Below are positions 48,063 to 57,448 of a DNA stretch of 64,000 bases, piece by piece (position 1 is the stretch's first letter; each line of letters begins with the position of its first letter). This DNA is from an uncultured Oscillospiraceae bacterium. Its GTDB lineage: Bacteria; Bacillota; Clostridia; Christensenellales; Aristaeellaceae. A program made the position numbers and the translations under genes. The notes below the pieces were generated by a model. It was not told the origin of the DNA. It searched no databases and was given only the letters and a program-made list of their open reading frames with translations. The stretch spans positions 4,324 to 68,323 of the forward strand of contig CAYFQH010000003.1 of NCBI GenBank assembly GCA_964345215.1, read 5' to 3'.

Positions 48063-48239
48063 GTTGCACGAAGGTTAAGTTTGTGGGCGGCTGCACAATT
48101 TTTATTGTGAACCACAAGCTTTTCTATAGATCAAGGCTGGCTAAATAGCTGGCTTGCTACTTGTGCTCCGCCCTAAAAGCGTAAAGCACAACATTAAAAC
48201 GTAAAAATTAGCAGTGATATTTGGAGGTGTTTATCACAG
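48063..48239 (+). promoter_or_regulatory. structured rpsM leader (candidate S4-type autoregulatory leader)
   Basis: Nested hairpin TTGTGG..CACAAT-TTTT-ATTGTG..CCACAA (48081-48117), GGGCGG/CCGCCC long-range pair, and hairpin GTGATA-TTTGGAGGTGTT-TATCAC holding the SD in its loop next to the ATG. Confidence 0.4.
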
Positions 48240-48617
48240 ATGGCACGCATTCAAGGCGTAGACCTGCCAAGAGAAAAGCGGGTGGAAATCGGCCTAACCT
48301 ATATTTTTGGTATCGGCTTAGCCACCTCACAAAAAATTTTACAAGCAACGGAAATTGATTCGAGCATTCGCGTAAAAGATCTCTCCGAGCAAGACGTAAG
48401 TAAGCTCCGTGAGTACATTGAACACAATGTGAAAACCGAGGGTGACTTACGCCGTGATATTTCAATGAACATTAAACGCTTAATGGAAATTGGCTGTTAC
48501 CGTGGTGTTCGCCACCGCCGCAGTTTACCTGTTCGCGGGCAAAACACCAAGCAAAACGCGCGCACCCGTAAGGGGCCTAAGCGCACCATTGCCGGGAAGA
48601 AAAAGGCAGCGAAGTAA
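48240..48617 (+). CDS. rpsM: 30S ribosomal protein S13
   Basis: [14 protein letters not shown]. Confidence 0.98.
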   Translation: MARIQGVDLPREKRVEIGLTYIFGIGLATSQKILQATEIDSSIRVKDLSEQDVSKLREYIEHNVKTEGDLRRDISMNIKRLMEIGCYRGVRHRRSLPVRGQNTKQNARTRKGPKRTIAGKKKAAK

Positions 48618-48658
48618 TTAAAATATTAACCGCCCACAGGGCACGGAGGGATGCATAA

Positions 48659-49060
48659 ATGGCACCTAAGTCAAAGGTGAAAAAATTGTCGCGCAGACGC
48701 CGTGAAAAGAAAGTAGTCGTTAGCGGCGCTGCACATATCAGCTCTTCTTTTAATAACACCATTGTTACCTTAACCGATACTGCAGGCAACGCTTTAAGTT
48801 GGGCCAGCGCAGGCGGTTTGGGTTTTAGAGGAAGTAAAAAATCCACTCCTTTTGCTGCGCAGGTCGCTGCAGAAACTGCTGCGAAAGCTGCAATGGAGTT
48901 TGGATTAAAAACAGTTGAAGTATTTGTAAAAGGCCCCGGATCCGGTAGAGAAGCTGCCATTCGTTCGCTGCAAACAGCGGGCCTTGAAGTCAATATGATT
49001 AAGGACGTAACACCCATTCCTCATAATGGATGCCGTCCTCCCAAACGTAGAAGAGTATAA
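48659..49060 (+). CDS. rpsK: 30S ribosomal protein S11
   Basis: Sequence and operon position. Confidence 0.98.
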   Translation: MAPKSKVKKLSRRRREKKVVVSGAAHISSSFNNTIVTLTDTAGNALSWASAGGLGFRGSKKSTPFAAQVAAETAAKAAMEFGLKTVEVFVKGPGSGREAAIRSLQTAGLEVNMIKDVTPIPHNGCRPPKRRRV

Positions 49061-49077
49061 CAGAGGAGGTTACAACT

Positions 49078-49674
49078 ATGGCTAGAAATACCGATCCAAT
49101 TGCAAAACGTTGCAGGGCCTTAGATATCTCCCCTGCAATGATGGGCTATGGAAATAAAAAATCTAACCGTAATCCTGGTGGAACACGGCGTAGAAAAGCC
49201 AGCGAATATAGCTTACAGCTAAAAGAAAAGCAAAAGGTTAAATTTGTTTATGGTATTATGGAAAAACAATTTGAACGGTACTATGAAAAAGCTGCCAATA
49301 TGAAAGGGATTACAGGCGAAAACCTGCTATCTTTCTTAGAACGCAGGCTGGACAACGTGGCATACCGCTTAGGCTATGGCAAAACCAGACGCCATGCACG
49401 TCAGTTGGTTACCCACGGTCATGTTTTAGTTAACGGCAAGCGGGTCGATATTCCGTCTTATTTGGTAGATGTGAACGACGTGATTACCGTAAAAGCAAAA
49501 ACAAAAGAGAATGAGCACTTTAAGGTGCTGCGGGAAGAAGGGAACACCTTAATTCCTAAATGGCTGACTTTTGATGCAAAAGAGCTGGCTGGCACCATTG
49601 TTGCCTTGCCTGCAAGAGATGATATTGATTTGCCCGTACAGGAAAACCTAATTGTCGAGTTCTATTCCCGTTAG
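49078..49674 (+). CDS. rpsD: 30S ribosomal protein S4
   Basis: Sequence with an S4 domain; operon position. Confidence 0.97.
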   Translation: MARNTDPIAKRCRALDISPAMMGYGNKKSNRNPGGTRRRKASEYSLQLKEKQKVKFVYGIMEKQFERYYEKAANMKGITGENLLSFLERRLDNVAYRLGYGKTRRHARQLVTHGHVLVNGKRVDIPSYLVDVNDVITVKAKTKENEHFKVLREEGNTLIPKWLTFDAKELAGTIVALPARDDIDLPVQENLIVEFYSR

Positions 49675-49725
49675 TGCTGGCGAGAAATCCTCGGCCGATG
49701 TTTTCATTAAGGGGGTAAATTATTT

Positions 49726-50670
49726 ATGGTCGAAATTGAAAAGGCCCACATTGAATGTGTTGAATTAGGCGAAAATAACCGTTATGGCAAGTTTGTGATT
49801 GAACCGCTGGAAAGTGGTTTTGGGCACACTTTGGGTAATGCTTTGCGCCGTGTGCTTTTGTCATCCTTACCGGGTGCAGCTGTTACTTCTATTCAATTAG
49901 AAGGAGTTCAGCATGAGTTTTCAACCATTACTGGGGTTAAAGAAGATGTAGTAGAATTAATATTGAATTTTAAAGAGTTGGTGCTGAAGAGCCACTCTCT
50001 GGAGCCAAAGCAGGTAACCTTAACCGCTCAAGGCCCGGGAGAAGTCAAGGCATCGGATATTGTGGCTGATGATGAGATTGAGATTATTAACCCCGACCTT
50101 CACCTTGCAACCTTAAGTGAAGACGGCAAGTTGGATATTCGCTTGACCATTGGTAATGGCCGTGGTTATGTAACAGCTGAAAAGAACAAAACGTTTAATA
50201 CACCCATTGGCGTAATTCCAATTGATTCGATTTTCAGCCCCGTAAAAAAGGTAAACTACACCATTGAAGATACCCGTGTAGGCCAAATTACGGACTATGA
50301 CCGCCTTACTTTAGAAGTATGGACCAATGGCAGTTTGCTTCCAGATGAAGCGATTAGCTACGCAGCCAAAATATTAAGCGAACATCTTTCTTTGTTTATT
50401 GGGCTAACGGATCAGGAAATGCCTGTGAACTTTAATACACCCGAAGAAGATAAGAAAGAAAAAGTGCTTGAAATGACCATTGAAGAGCTGGATCTTTCTG
50501 TTCGTGCCTACAACTGCTTAAAGCGCGCCGGCATAAACTCTGTTGGCGAATTGATTGAACGCAGTGAAGAGGACATGATGAAGGTCCGTAACTTAGGGCG
50601 CAAGAGCCTTGAGGAAGTGGTCAAAAAATTAGGTGCGCTTGACTTGAGCTTGCGCCCGAACGACGAATAA
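49726..50670 (+). CDS. rpoA: DNA-directed RNA polymerase subunit alpha
   Basis: Sequence, including the C-terminal domain ([14 protein letters not shown]). Confidence 0.98.
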   Translation: MVEIEKAHIECVELGENNRYGKFVIEPLESGFGHTLGNALRRVLLSSLPGAAVTSIQLEGVQHEFSTITGVKEDVVELILNFKELVLKSHSLEPKQVTLTAQGPGEVKASDIVADDEIEIINPDLHLATLSEDGKLDIRLTIGNGRGYVTAEKNKTFNTPIGVIPIDSIFSPVKKVNYTIEDTRVGQITDYDRLTLEVWTNGSLLPDEAISYAAKILSEHLSLFIGLTDQEMPVNFNTPEEDKKEKVLEMTIEELDLSVRAYNCLKRAGINSVGELIERSEEDMMKVRNLGRKSLEEVVKKLGALDLSLRPNDE

Positions 50671-50712
50671 TAAACTATTGGATGAGATTTCCATAAAAGG
50701 AGGAAACGTTCC

Positions 50713-51222
50713 ATGGCGCAACGTAAATTGGGGCGCACTGCTGACCAACGAAAAGCATTGCTAAGGAACCAGGTGACCAACCTGATTTGGTATGGCCGCA
50801 TTGAAACTACCTTAGCACGTGCTAAAGAAGTGCGTAGTGCCGCAGAAAAAATGATCACATTAGCTGTTCGTGAATGTGAGAATACTGTTGATGCACAAAA
50901 GCAATTCCATAATGAAAAAGGTCAAATCGTTACCATTGACGTGGTAAACGACGCTCCTTCCAAGCTCCACGCCCGCCGTCAAATGCTTGCTTATTTGTAT
51001 GAGCTCAAAGAAGAAAAGCAGGATGGGGAGACGAAAAGCGAATACCGTGAGCGGACAAAGGATGTTAAATATCCTGTTGTTGAAAAGCTGTTCCGGGAGA
51101 TCGGACCCAAATACAAGGCACGCAATGCTGAAAAGAACTGTGCCGGTGGCTATACCAGAATTTATAAATTAGGCCCTCGCCGTGGCGATGCTGCCGAAAT
51201 GGTTATTATTGAACTGATTTAG
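50713..51222 (+). CDS. rplQ: 50S ribosomal protein L17 (long form with an internal insertion)
   Basis: L17 N- and C-terminal blocks ([13 protein letters not shown] ... [17 protein letters not shown]) around a ~50-aa insert. Confidence 0.95.
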   Translation: MAQRKLGRTADQRKALLRNQVTNLIWYGRIETTLARAKEVRSAAEKMITLAVRECENTVDAQKQFHNEKGQIVTIDVVNDAPSKLHARRQMLAYLYELKEEKQDGETKSEYRERTKDVKYPVVEKLFREIGPKYKARNAEKNCAGGYTRIYKLGPRRGDAAEMVIIELI

Positions 51223-51240
51223 TCGGTATAGACAATTTTA

Positions 51241-51300
51241 AAAAGCGGTTTTGTAGGGCGAAAGCATGGAAGAAACTTCCACCTATAAACCGCTTTTTTT
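51241..51300 (+). terminator. compound stem-loop / terminator after rplQ
   Basis: Outer stem AAGCGGTT/AACCGCTT followed by TTTTTTT. The 37-nt interior holds the hairpin GGAAG-AAA-CTTCC. Confidence 0.6.
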
Positions 51301-51313
51301 GAAAGGATTCATT

Positions 51314-51787
51314 ATGAGCTGGCTTGCGGGAATTTTACTGTTCGTCGTTGATCGGGGCTCCAAATGGCTGACCTTGGCCTTTTTGAAAGGCGAAGAGCCT
51401 CTTTGGGTTATTCCCGAAATTTTTCGGCTCAACTATACAATCAATCCGGGGGTTGCCTTTGGCCTTTTTGAAAATTGGGCCCATTTGCAACCTTATTTTG
51501 CCCTTGGGGTGGTGGCCTTGTTTGTTTTATTGCTGTGGCGTTACCAATTTTCAACCTTTGAGCAAATCTGTTTTAGCCTGATTATCGCCGGCGCCTTAGG
51601 CAATGCCGTAGACCGGTTTTTATACGGCCACGTTATTGATATGCTGGAATTTACCTTTATCCCTTTCCCCGTTTTTAATATGGCGGATGTAGGCGTGGTT
51701 TTTGGGGCCGCAGGACTTATGCTAGCATTGGTTTTTTCTAAAAAAACCCTTTTGAAAAAAGAAAGGAACCATATAGATGAAGGATAG
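51314..51787 (+). CDS. lspA: lipoprotein signal peptidase II
   Basis: DRGSKW, NPGVAFG and FNMADV motifs. Start moved to ATG 51314, because the track ORF start lies inside the terminator. Confidence 0.9.
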   Translation: MSWLAGILLFVVDRGSKWLTLAFLKGEEPLWVIPEIFRLNYTINPGVAFGLFENWAHLQPYFALGVVALFVLLLWRYQFSTFEQICFSLIIAGALGNAVDRFLYGHVIDMLEFTFIPFPVFNMADVGVVFGAAGLMLALVFSKKTLLKKERNHIDEG

Positions 51788-52676
51788 CCGTTGTATATTA
51801 GGCGATGGCTTGACCCGCCTGGACCTACTTTTGGCTAGAGAAACAGGTCTTTCAAGGGGAAAAGTCCAAGACTTGGTCAAGAAGGGCGCCTGCAGGATTG
51901 ATGGAGTAACCGAGCTTAAAACCAGGACCAAGGCTCCTGAAGGGGCGCAAATCATCCTAGTTTTGCCCGAAAAAACACCGGGGGAAGAACCTCTGGTACC
52001 CCAGGCACTGCCCCTTGACATCCTTTATGAAGATGACTGGGTTTTAGCTTTAAACAAACCAAGCGGCATGGTGGTACACCCGGGGGCTGGAAATAACAAG
52101 AATACCCTGGCCAATGCTTTGCTATACCACGTTTCAAATCTTTCCCAAATTGGGGGGCAACAACGGCCGGGCATTGTTCACCGGCTGGACAAGGATACCT
52201 CCGGCTTGATTTTAGTAGCCAAGGATGATGAGACCCACCTGGCTTTAAGCCGGCAGCTAAAGGCCAGACAGGTTGAAAAGCATTATCTCGCTTTGGTGTG
52301 GGGTAATATCAAAGAAGAAGGGGAGATAAACCGCCCCATTGCCCGAAGCAAAAAAGACAGAAAAAAAATGGCCCTTGACCCTTTGGGGAAGAAAGCGCTA
52401 ACAAAGTGGCAGCGGCTGAACCAAAAAGGCCAGTATAGCCTTTTGGATGTTCAGATTATCACCGGGCGCACTCACCAAATACGGGTACACATGGCCTCCC
52501 TTGGCCATCCGGTGGTGGGGGATGTCATTTACGGCAAAAAAGAGAAAAAAAAGACTGCCCGACTAATGCTTCATGCCCATAGCCTTACCTTTTTTCATCC
52601 CCATCTCAAAAAGCGAATGACCTTAACCGCACCGGTCCCCGCTGTATTTGAACAATGGTTTTCTCCTTTAATCTAA
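51777..52676 (+). CDS. rluD: RluA-family 23S rRNA pseudouridine synthase (RluD-like)
   Basis: N-terminal S4 domain; catalytic HRLDKDTSGL. Confidence 0.9.
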   Translation: MKDSRCILGDGLTRLDLLLARETGLSRGKVQDLVKKGACRIDGVTELKTRTKAPEGAQIILVLPEKTPGEEPLVPQALPLDILYEDDWVLALNKPSGMVVHPGAGNNKNTLANALLYHVSNLSQIGGQQRPGIVHRLDKDTSGLILVAKDDETHLALSRQLKARQVEKHYLALVWGNIKEEGEINRPIARSKKDRKKMALDPLGKKALTKWQRLNQKGQYSLLDVQIITGRTHQIRVHMASLGHPVVGDVIYGKKEKKKTARLMLHAHSLTFFHPHLKKRMTLTAPVPAVFEQWFSPLI

Positions 52677-52700
52677 AATTGATAAATAAATGGCTTTTTA

Positions 52701-52729
52701 TTGAATAATTGTATCCAATACTGTATAAT
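52701..52729 (+). promoter_or_regulatory. strong sigma-A promoter candidate for ireB operon
   Basis: TTGAAT, 17 nt, TGTATAAT. Confidence 0.55.
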
Positions 52730-52758
52730 ATAGGTACTGCAAAGAGGGAGGTATGCCT

Positions 52759-53022
52759 ATGCCAGATGCATTTGAAACCACGAAACTGTCGCCTATTGTT
52801 GAAACGGGGAATGTTGCTAAGGACATTTTGATTTACGTTTACCATGCATTGCAAGCAAAGGGCTATGATCCAATTACACAAATTGTTGGCTACTTAATTT
52901 CTGGCGATCCTACGTACATTACAAGCTATAATCAGGCTAGAAGCATGATTTGCAGGCTGGAACGGGACGAGATCATCGAAGAGCTGGTAAGTTATTACCT
53001 GGCAGGCCAAACAAAGGCATGA
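52759..53022 (+). CDS. ireB: IreB-family regulatory phosphoprotein (UPF0297 / YrzL)
   Basis: [29 protein letters not shown]...[12 protein letters not shown] 52759 is 7 nt after GGGAGG. Confidence 0.9.
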   Translation: MPDAFETTKLSPIVETGNVAKDILIYVYHALQAKGYDPITQIVGYLISGDPTYITSYNQARSMICRLERDEIIEELVSYYLAGQTKA

Positions 53023-53966
53023 TCAAGCAAAAAGTACTTGGGAAAACAGGCTTATTTGTTTCTTCCCTTGCTTTTGGCACTTTAACCATCAGCCCTTTGC
53101 AGCAAAACATGGCCCCTGAAAAAGGGAGGGATTTGATTTTATATGCCGCCCAAAAGGGGATTACCCTGTTTGATACCGCCCAGCTGTACCATACCTACCA
53201 GCCCTTAGCCCTGGCCCTTAAAGCAAACCCGGGGATTCAGGTGGCAACAAAAACCTACGCCTTTAACCAAGCGGAGGCTCAAAAGGCTTTTGATGAGGCG
53301 AGAAAACAACTCAATAAAGACGTTATCGACATTTTTTTACTTCATGAACAAGAAAGCATGTATACCTTAAAGGGCCATAGGGAAGCTTTCGAGTTTTTTT
53401 TATCTCAAAAAGCAAAAGGAACGATTAAAGCCGTAGGGGTTTCCACCCATAGGGTGGAGGTGGTAGATTATGCACCTCGCTATCCGGGGATGGATGTAAT
53501 ACACCCTTTGATAAACTGCCAGGGCATTGGCATTGCTGATGGAAGCCGCCAGCAGATGGAGGAAGCCTGCCAAAGGGCTCACCAGGCAGGTATTGGCATT
53601 TACGGCATGAAAGCCCTGGGGGGCGGGCATCTGCTAAACCGGGCAAGGGAAGCCATTGCCTATGTACGCAATTTGCCCTTTATGGATGCTGTGGCTCTAG
53701 GCATGCAGTCTTTTGAAGAGATTGATGTAAACGCAGCCCTGTTTTCAGATGAGGAGCCTGCTGAAAAGGCCCTTGAGAAAACAAAAAAAAGCCCCAGAAA
53801 ATTACTGATACACGATTGGTGCATTAGCTGCGGTGCCTGTCAAAAACGCTGCGGCCAGGGAGCCATCAAGGTAGAAAAGGGCAAAACGGTTGTAGACCAT
53901 GAATTATGTGTACGCTGCGGCTATTGTGCGGCTGCTTGCCCGGAGTTTTGTATAAAGGTGATATAG
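53019..53966 (+). CDS. aldo/keto reductase fused to a C-terminal 2x[4Fe-4S] ferredoxin domain
   Basis: AKR N-terminus ([15 protein letters not shown]). C-terminal [11 protein letters not shown] and [12 protein letters not shown] clusters. ATGA overlap with ireB. Confidence 0.85.
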   Translation: MIKQKVLGKTGLFVSSLAFGTLTISPLQQNMAPEKGRDLILYAAQKGITLFDTAQLYHTYQPLALALKANPGIQVATKTYAFNQAEAQKAFDEARKQLNKDVIDIFLLHEQESMYTLKGHREAFEFFLSQKAKGTIKAVGVSTHRVEVVDYAPRYPGMDVIHPLINCQGIGIADGSRQQMEEACQRAHQAGIGIYGMKALGGGHLLNRAREAIAYVRNLPFMDAVALGMQSFEEIDVNAALFSDEEPAEKALEKTKKSPRKLLIHDWCISCGACQKRCGQGAIKVEKGKTVVDHELCVRCGYCAAACPEFCIKVI

Positions 53967-54730
53967 TGAACTTGAAAATTGTAGCCCTGGATATAGGGGA
54001 TGTGCGCATTGGTATTGCGGTAAGCGACGAGCGCCGGCTGATTGCAACCCCTCTTGAGGTATATAAGCGAATAGGCTATGGGCCCGATACACGGCACATT
54101 GCCGGTATTTGCGAGGAAAATCAAACAACGTGGGTTTTGTGCGGACTGCCAATGAACATGGACGGCACTGAGGGTAGTCAGGCTCAAAAGACAATGGATT
54201 TTGCCATGCAACTGCATAAGGCAGGGCTGAAGGTCTTCTTTCAAGATGAACGGATGACCACCCTCGTTGCTGAAAAGGCCTTAATTCAGGGGGGCATGCG
54301 CCGGGAAACCCGGAAAGGGACTGTAGATAAAGTGGCTGCTGCCTTGATTTTGCAGCAGTGGCTGGATCAAAATAAAGAGCCGGCAGATTTCTTTAAAGAA
54401 AGGGAAGAGAAAGTAATGGAAATACAGGAGACGATAATCGAATTAATTGATGAAGAAGGAAAAGAGGTTCAATTTGAACACTTAATGACCATTGAGCATG
54501 AGGAGGAGTACTACATCGTGCTTGTGCCGGTTATGGAAGGGGAAGACGACGAGGAAGAAGAAGTAGTCATTCTCAAACTCGAAAAAGATGAACAAGGGGA
54601 AGACTGTTATGTGAGCATAGAAGAAGAAGAGATTTTAGATACGGTGTTCGCCATGTTTATAAAGGCCATGGAGGAAGAGCTGGAAGATGAAGAGGAAGAA
54701 GAAGATGCTCAAACACCTTTTTTAAACTAG
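53966..54730 (+). CDS. ruvX: RuvX (YqgF) putative pre-16S rRNA nuclease fused in frame to a DUF1292 (YrzB-like) acidic domain
   Basis: N-terminal 140 aa = YqgF (IVALDIGDVRIGIAVSD...DERMTT...AAALILQQWLD). From VMEIQETIIELIDEEGKEVQFEHL onward the sequence is DUF1292-like, with no stop codon between the two parts. GTG 53966 overlaps the preceding TAG. Confidence 0.8.
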   Translation: MNLKIVALDIGDVRIGIAVSDERRLIATPLEVYKRIGYGPDTRHIAGICEENQTTWVLCGLPMNMDGTEGSQAQKTMDFAMQLHKAGLKVFFQDERMTTLVAEKALIQGGMRRETRKGTVDKVAAALILQQWLDQNKEPADFFKEREEKVMEIQETIIELIDEEGKEVQFEHLMTIEHEEEYYIVLVPVMEGEDDEEEEVVILKLEKDEQGEDCYVSIEEEEILDTVFAMFIKAMEEELEDEEEEEDAQTPFLN

Positions 54731-54740
54731 AAAAGTACAG

Positions 54741-54781
54741 GGGCAGTTTTCTTTATAACCAAAAAGAGAACTGCCTTTTTC
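54741..54781 (+). terminator. rho-independent terminator
   Basis: 13-bp stem GGCAGTTTTCTTT/AAAGAGAACTGCC followed by TTTTT. Confidence 0.75.
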
Positions 54782-54789
54782 AATGTAAA

Positions 54790-54818
54790 TTGACAGGTAG
54801 ATCAAAGTAGGATACAAT
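54790..54818 (+). promoter_or_regulatory. promoter candidate for aspartokinase
   Basis: TTGACA, 17 nt, TACAAT. Confidence 0.55.
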
Positions 54819-54849
54819 TTTTAATCATTCCTTTTGGAGGTATGCTTTG

Positions 54850-56169
54850 ATGAAAGTGAAGGTTGTAAAGTTTGGTGGAAGCTCCCTGGCTGATGCTGTA
54901 CATTTTAGGCAGGTGAAAGAAATTATACGGATGGATCCCAGCCGGGCTTATGTCGTGCCAAGTGCACCGGGCAAAAGGGAGCCCCAGGATGAGAAGGTGA
55001 CAGACTTGCTGTACTTATGCCAAAGCAAGGCTGGGGCCAACCTTGATTTTAAAGAAGAGTTTGCCCAAATAAAAGAGCGGTTCATGGATATTGTTGACCA
55101 GTTGGAATTAGCCATTGACCTGGGGCCACACTTTGATCAAATTGAAAAAAATCTGAAAGAAAAGGCCAGCCCGGCTTATGCCGCCAGTAGGGGGGAGTAC
55201 CTAAACGGACTGATTTTGGCCGAATACTTAAAATGGCCCTTTGTTGACCCGGCTCAATTGATTGTCTTTGATGGTCAGGGCCATTTTGACCATGAGAAAA
55301 GCAAAGCAACCATTCAAAAGGTTCTTTGCCAGTACCCTACCGCGGTCATCCCCGGTTTTTATGGGGCTGGCCCCAAGGGTGAAATATGCACCTTTTCAAG
55401 GGGGGGCAGCGACATTAGCGGCGCCATTGTAGCCAGTGCCGTTCAAGCCAAGGTGTACGAAAACTGGACGGATGTATGCGGCTTTTTAATGGCGGACCCC
55501 CGAGTGGTTGAATCCCCTTTGGGCATTGAAAAAATAACGTACCAGGAACTGAGGGAATTGTCGTATATGGGGGCAAGCGTGCTGCATGAGGATGCCATCT
55601 TCCCTGTTCACCGGGCAGGCATTCCCACCAATATTAGAAATACAAACCAGCCTGATCATCCGGGAACCTGGATTGAGTACGGCACAAAATCCGGCAATCA
55701 AAAACATGTGATTACCGGCCTTGCGGGAAAAAAAGGTTTTTCGGTGATTACCATTGAAAAAGCCATGATGAATGCGGAACTTGGCTTTGGCCGCAGGGTC
55801 CTTGAAGTGCTGGAGGAGAAGAGCATTTCATTTGACCATGTAACCACCGGCATTGACACCATGTGCGTGGTGGTTGCCAGGGATCGGCTTTTGCCCTACC
55901 AGCGGGAAGTAGTTCAAAACATTCTTTCTAAAACAGGGGCTGATGCAGTGGCTGTAAAAGAAGGCATGGCTTTGGTGGCAACGGTAGGCTGGGGTATGGT
56001 CAATAATTTTGGTACAGCGGCAAAGCTCTTTAATGCCTTGGGGCAGGCCAAAATTAACGTTAGAATGATAGACCAGGGCTCTGGGGAATTATCAATTATT
56101 GTAGGCATGGATGAACAGGAGATGGAGCAGGCCATAAACGCCATTTACCATGCCTTTGTACACCCCTGA
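54850..56169 (+). CDS. aspartate kinase
   Basis: VVKFGGSSL N-terminus and C-terminal ACT repeats. ATG 54850 is 9 nt after GGAGG. Confidence 0.9.
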   Translation: MKVKVVKFGGSSLADAVHFRQVKEIIRMDPSRAYVVPSAPGKREPQDEKVTDLLYLCQSKAGANLDFKEEFAQIKERFMDIVDQLELAIDLGPHFDQIEKNLKEKASPAYAASRGEYLNGLILAEYLKWPFVDPAQLIVFDGQGHFDHEKSKATIQKVLCQYPTAVIPGFYGAGPKGEICTFSRGGSDISGAIVASAVQAKVYENWTDVCGFLMADPRVVESPLGIEKITYQELRELSYMGASVLHEDAIFPVHRAGIPTNIRNTNQPDHPGTWIEYGTKSGNQKHVITGLAGKKGFSVITIEKAMMNAELGFGRRVLEVLEEKSISFDHVTTGIDTMCVVVARDRLLPYQREVVQNILSKTGADAVAVKEGMALVATVGWGMVNNFGTAAKLFNALGQAKINVRMIDQGSGELSIIVGMDEQEMEQAINAIYHAFVHP

Positions 56170-56272
56170 GGGAATTGGGAAAAAAGGCGCTTTTGTGGTA
56201 ACATAGAATAGGAATAGATTGGCCAAGCCAATGAGGATAAAATTTATTGACCGGCAGGCAAGAGGTGTAACA

Positions 56273-56674
56273 ATGAAAGAACAATATAAAAAAAACGGCA
56301 TGGATTTAAGGGTGCCCGCCAATGAAAAATGGCAGCTTGTGGTGCGCATGGCTCTTGGAGGTGCCGGGGCCTTGTTAGGCTTGAATGTAGACGTTTTAGA
56401 CGATTTACGGGCCCTGGCAGATGAGGCTTGTGACTGTTTGATGCACCAAAAGCAAAAATTAGAAAGCCTGCGAATTTTATGCTACCAGCAGGATGACCAG
56501 CTTCACGCAGTTTTTATTGGTGAAAGAGAAGAAAGCCAGGTCCGGCAAGCAGCTCAATTGGACATTCAAATGGTAAATTGCATCCTTGAAACCCTGGCTG
56601 TTGATACAGACGTACAGCAAGACGAACAAGGAGCCTGGAAGATAGAGGTTGTTTTACCAATTGAAAAGCAATGA
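56273..56674 (+). CDS. RsbW/SpoIIAB-like anti-sigma-factor homologue lacking recognisable ATP-binding boxes
   Basis: The N-terminal half aligns by eye with RsbW (..DLRVPANEKWQLVVRMALGG...LDDLRALADEACDCL). N-box Asn, G1 DxGxG and G2 are not present. Start at ATG 56273 after GAGGTG. Confidence 0.55.
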   Translation: MKEQYKKNGMDLRVPANEKWQLVVRMALGGAGALLGLNVDVLDDLRALADEACDCLMHQKQKLESLRILCYQQDDQLHAVFIGEREESQVRQAAQLDIQMVNCILETLAVDTDVQQDEQGAWKIEVVLPIEKQ

Positions 56675-56685
56675 GGTGAAAGGCT

Positions 56686-57420
56686 GTGAAACGAGAGATG
56701 CTATTGCTAGACAATTATTACCAGCAACCTTCCCCGCAAGCCTTGGAAGAAGTGGTTGAGGCTTATTTACCCTTGGCAAAACGCATCGCAAGGCGTTTTG
56801 TGGGCCGGGGGGTTGAACTGGAAGACTTAGAGCAGGTCGCCAGCCTTGGTCTGCTTAAATCGATTGAGCGCTTTGAACCGGAACGGGGCCTTCAGTTTAG
56901 TTCATACGCCACCCCTACCATTGTGGGGGATTTAAGAAATTACATTAGAGACAAGGGCAACATTGTGCGCTTGCCCCGGGAAGCCAAGAACAAGCTGTAC
57001 CATTTGGAAAAGCAGCGTGATCTTTTCTATCAGCAATATTTGCGGGAACCCACCTTTGCTGAACTGGCAAAAGAGATGAATATGACCATTGATGAAATCT
57101 TACAGCTGCTTGAGTTCAGAGAAAAAGGAGAGGTCTATTCCATTGACGGAACCATTGGTGATCAAGAAGAAACAAGCCTTGAACTTTTTTTAGGAGAAGA
57201 AGATATGGGCTATGGACAGGTAGAGAAAAGCGACTGGCTAAGCTGGGTGTATTCTCTGGTTAACCCGAAGGAAAAACTGCTTCTTCAACTGCGCTACGAA
57301 CAAGGGCTAGGCCAAAGAGATACAGCAAAGCAACTGGGGGTGTCCCAAATGCAGGTATCCCGACTGGAGCGAAAATTGCTTGAAAAACTAAGGGCGATTG
57401 AAATTAAAACCAATGAATAG
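56686..57420 (+). CDS. group 3 sigma-70 family factor (SigB/SigF/SigG subfamily)
   Basis: Region 2 (DLEQVASLGLLKSIERF, YATPTIVGDLRNYIRD), regions 3 and 4 (GVSQMQVSRLERK). GTG start 7 nt after GAGGTG. Confidence 0.85.
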   Translation: MKREMLLLDNYYQQPSPQALEEVVEAYLPLAKRIARRFVGRGVELEDLEQVASLGLLKSIERFEPERGLQFSSYATPTIVGDLRNYIRDKGNIVRLPREAKNKLYHLEKQRDLFYQQYLREPTFAELAKEMNMTIDEILQLLEFREKGEVYSIDGTIGDQEETSLELFLGEEDMGYGQVEKSDWLSWVYSLVNPKEKLLLQLRYEQGLGQRDTAKQLGVSQMQVSRLERKLLEKLRAIEIKTNE

Positions 57421-57448
57421 ATGATGATTGATGAAAGGAGGGACCGGT

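Noticed and set aside
54819-54849. Lysine riboswitch (L-box) upstream of aspartokinase.
   Set aside because: Only about 30 nt separate the predicted -10 from the start codon, which leaves no room for an L-box.
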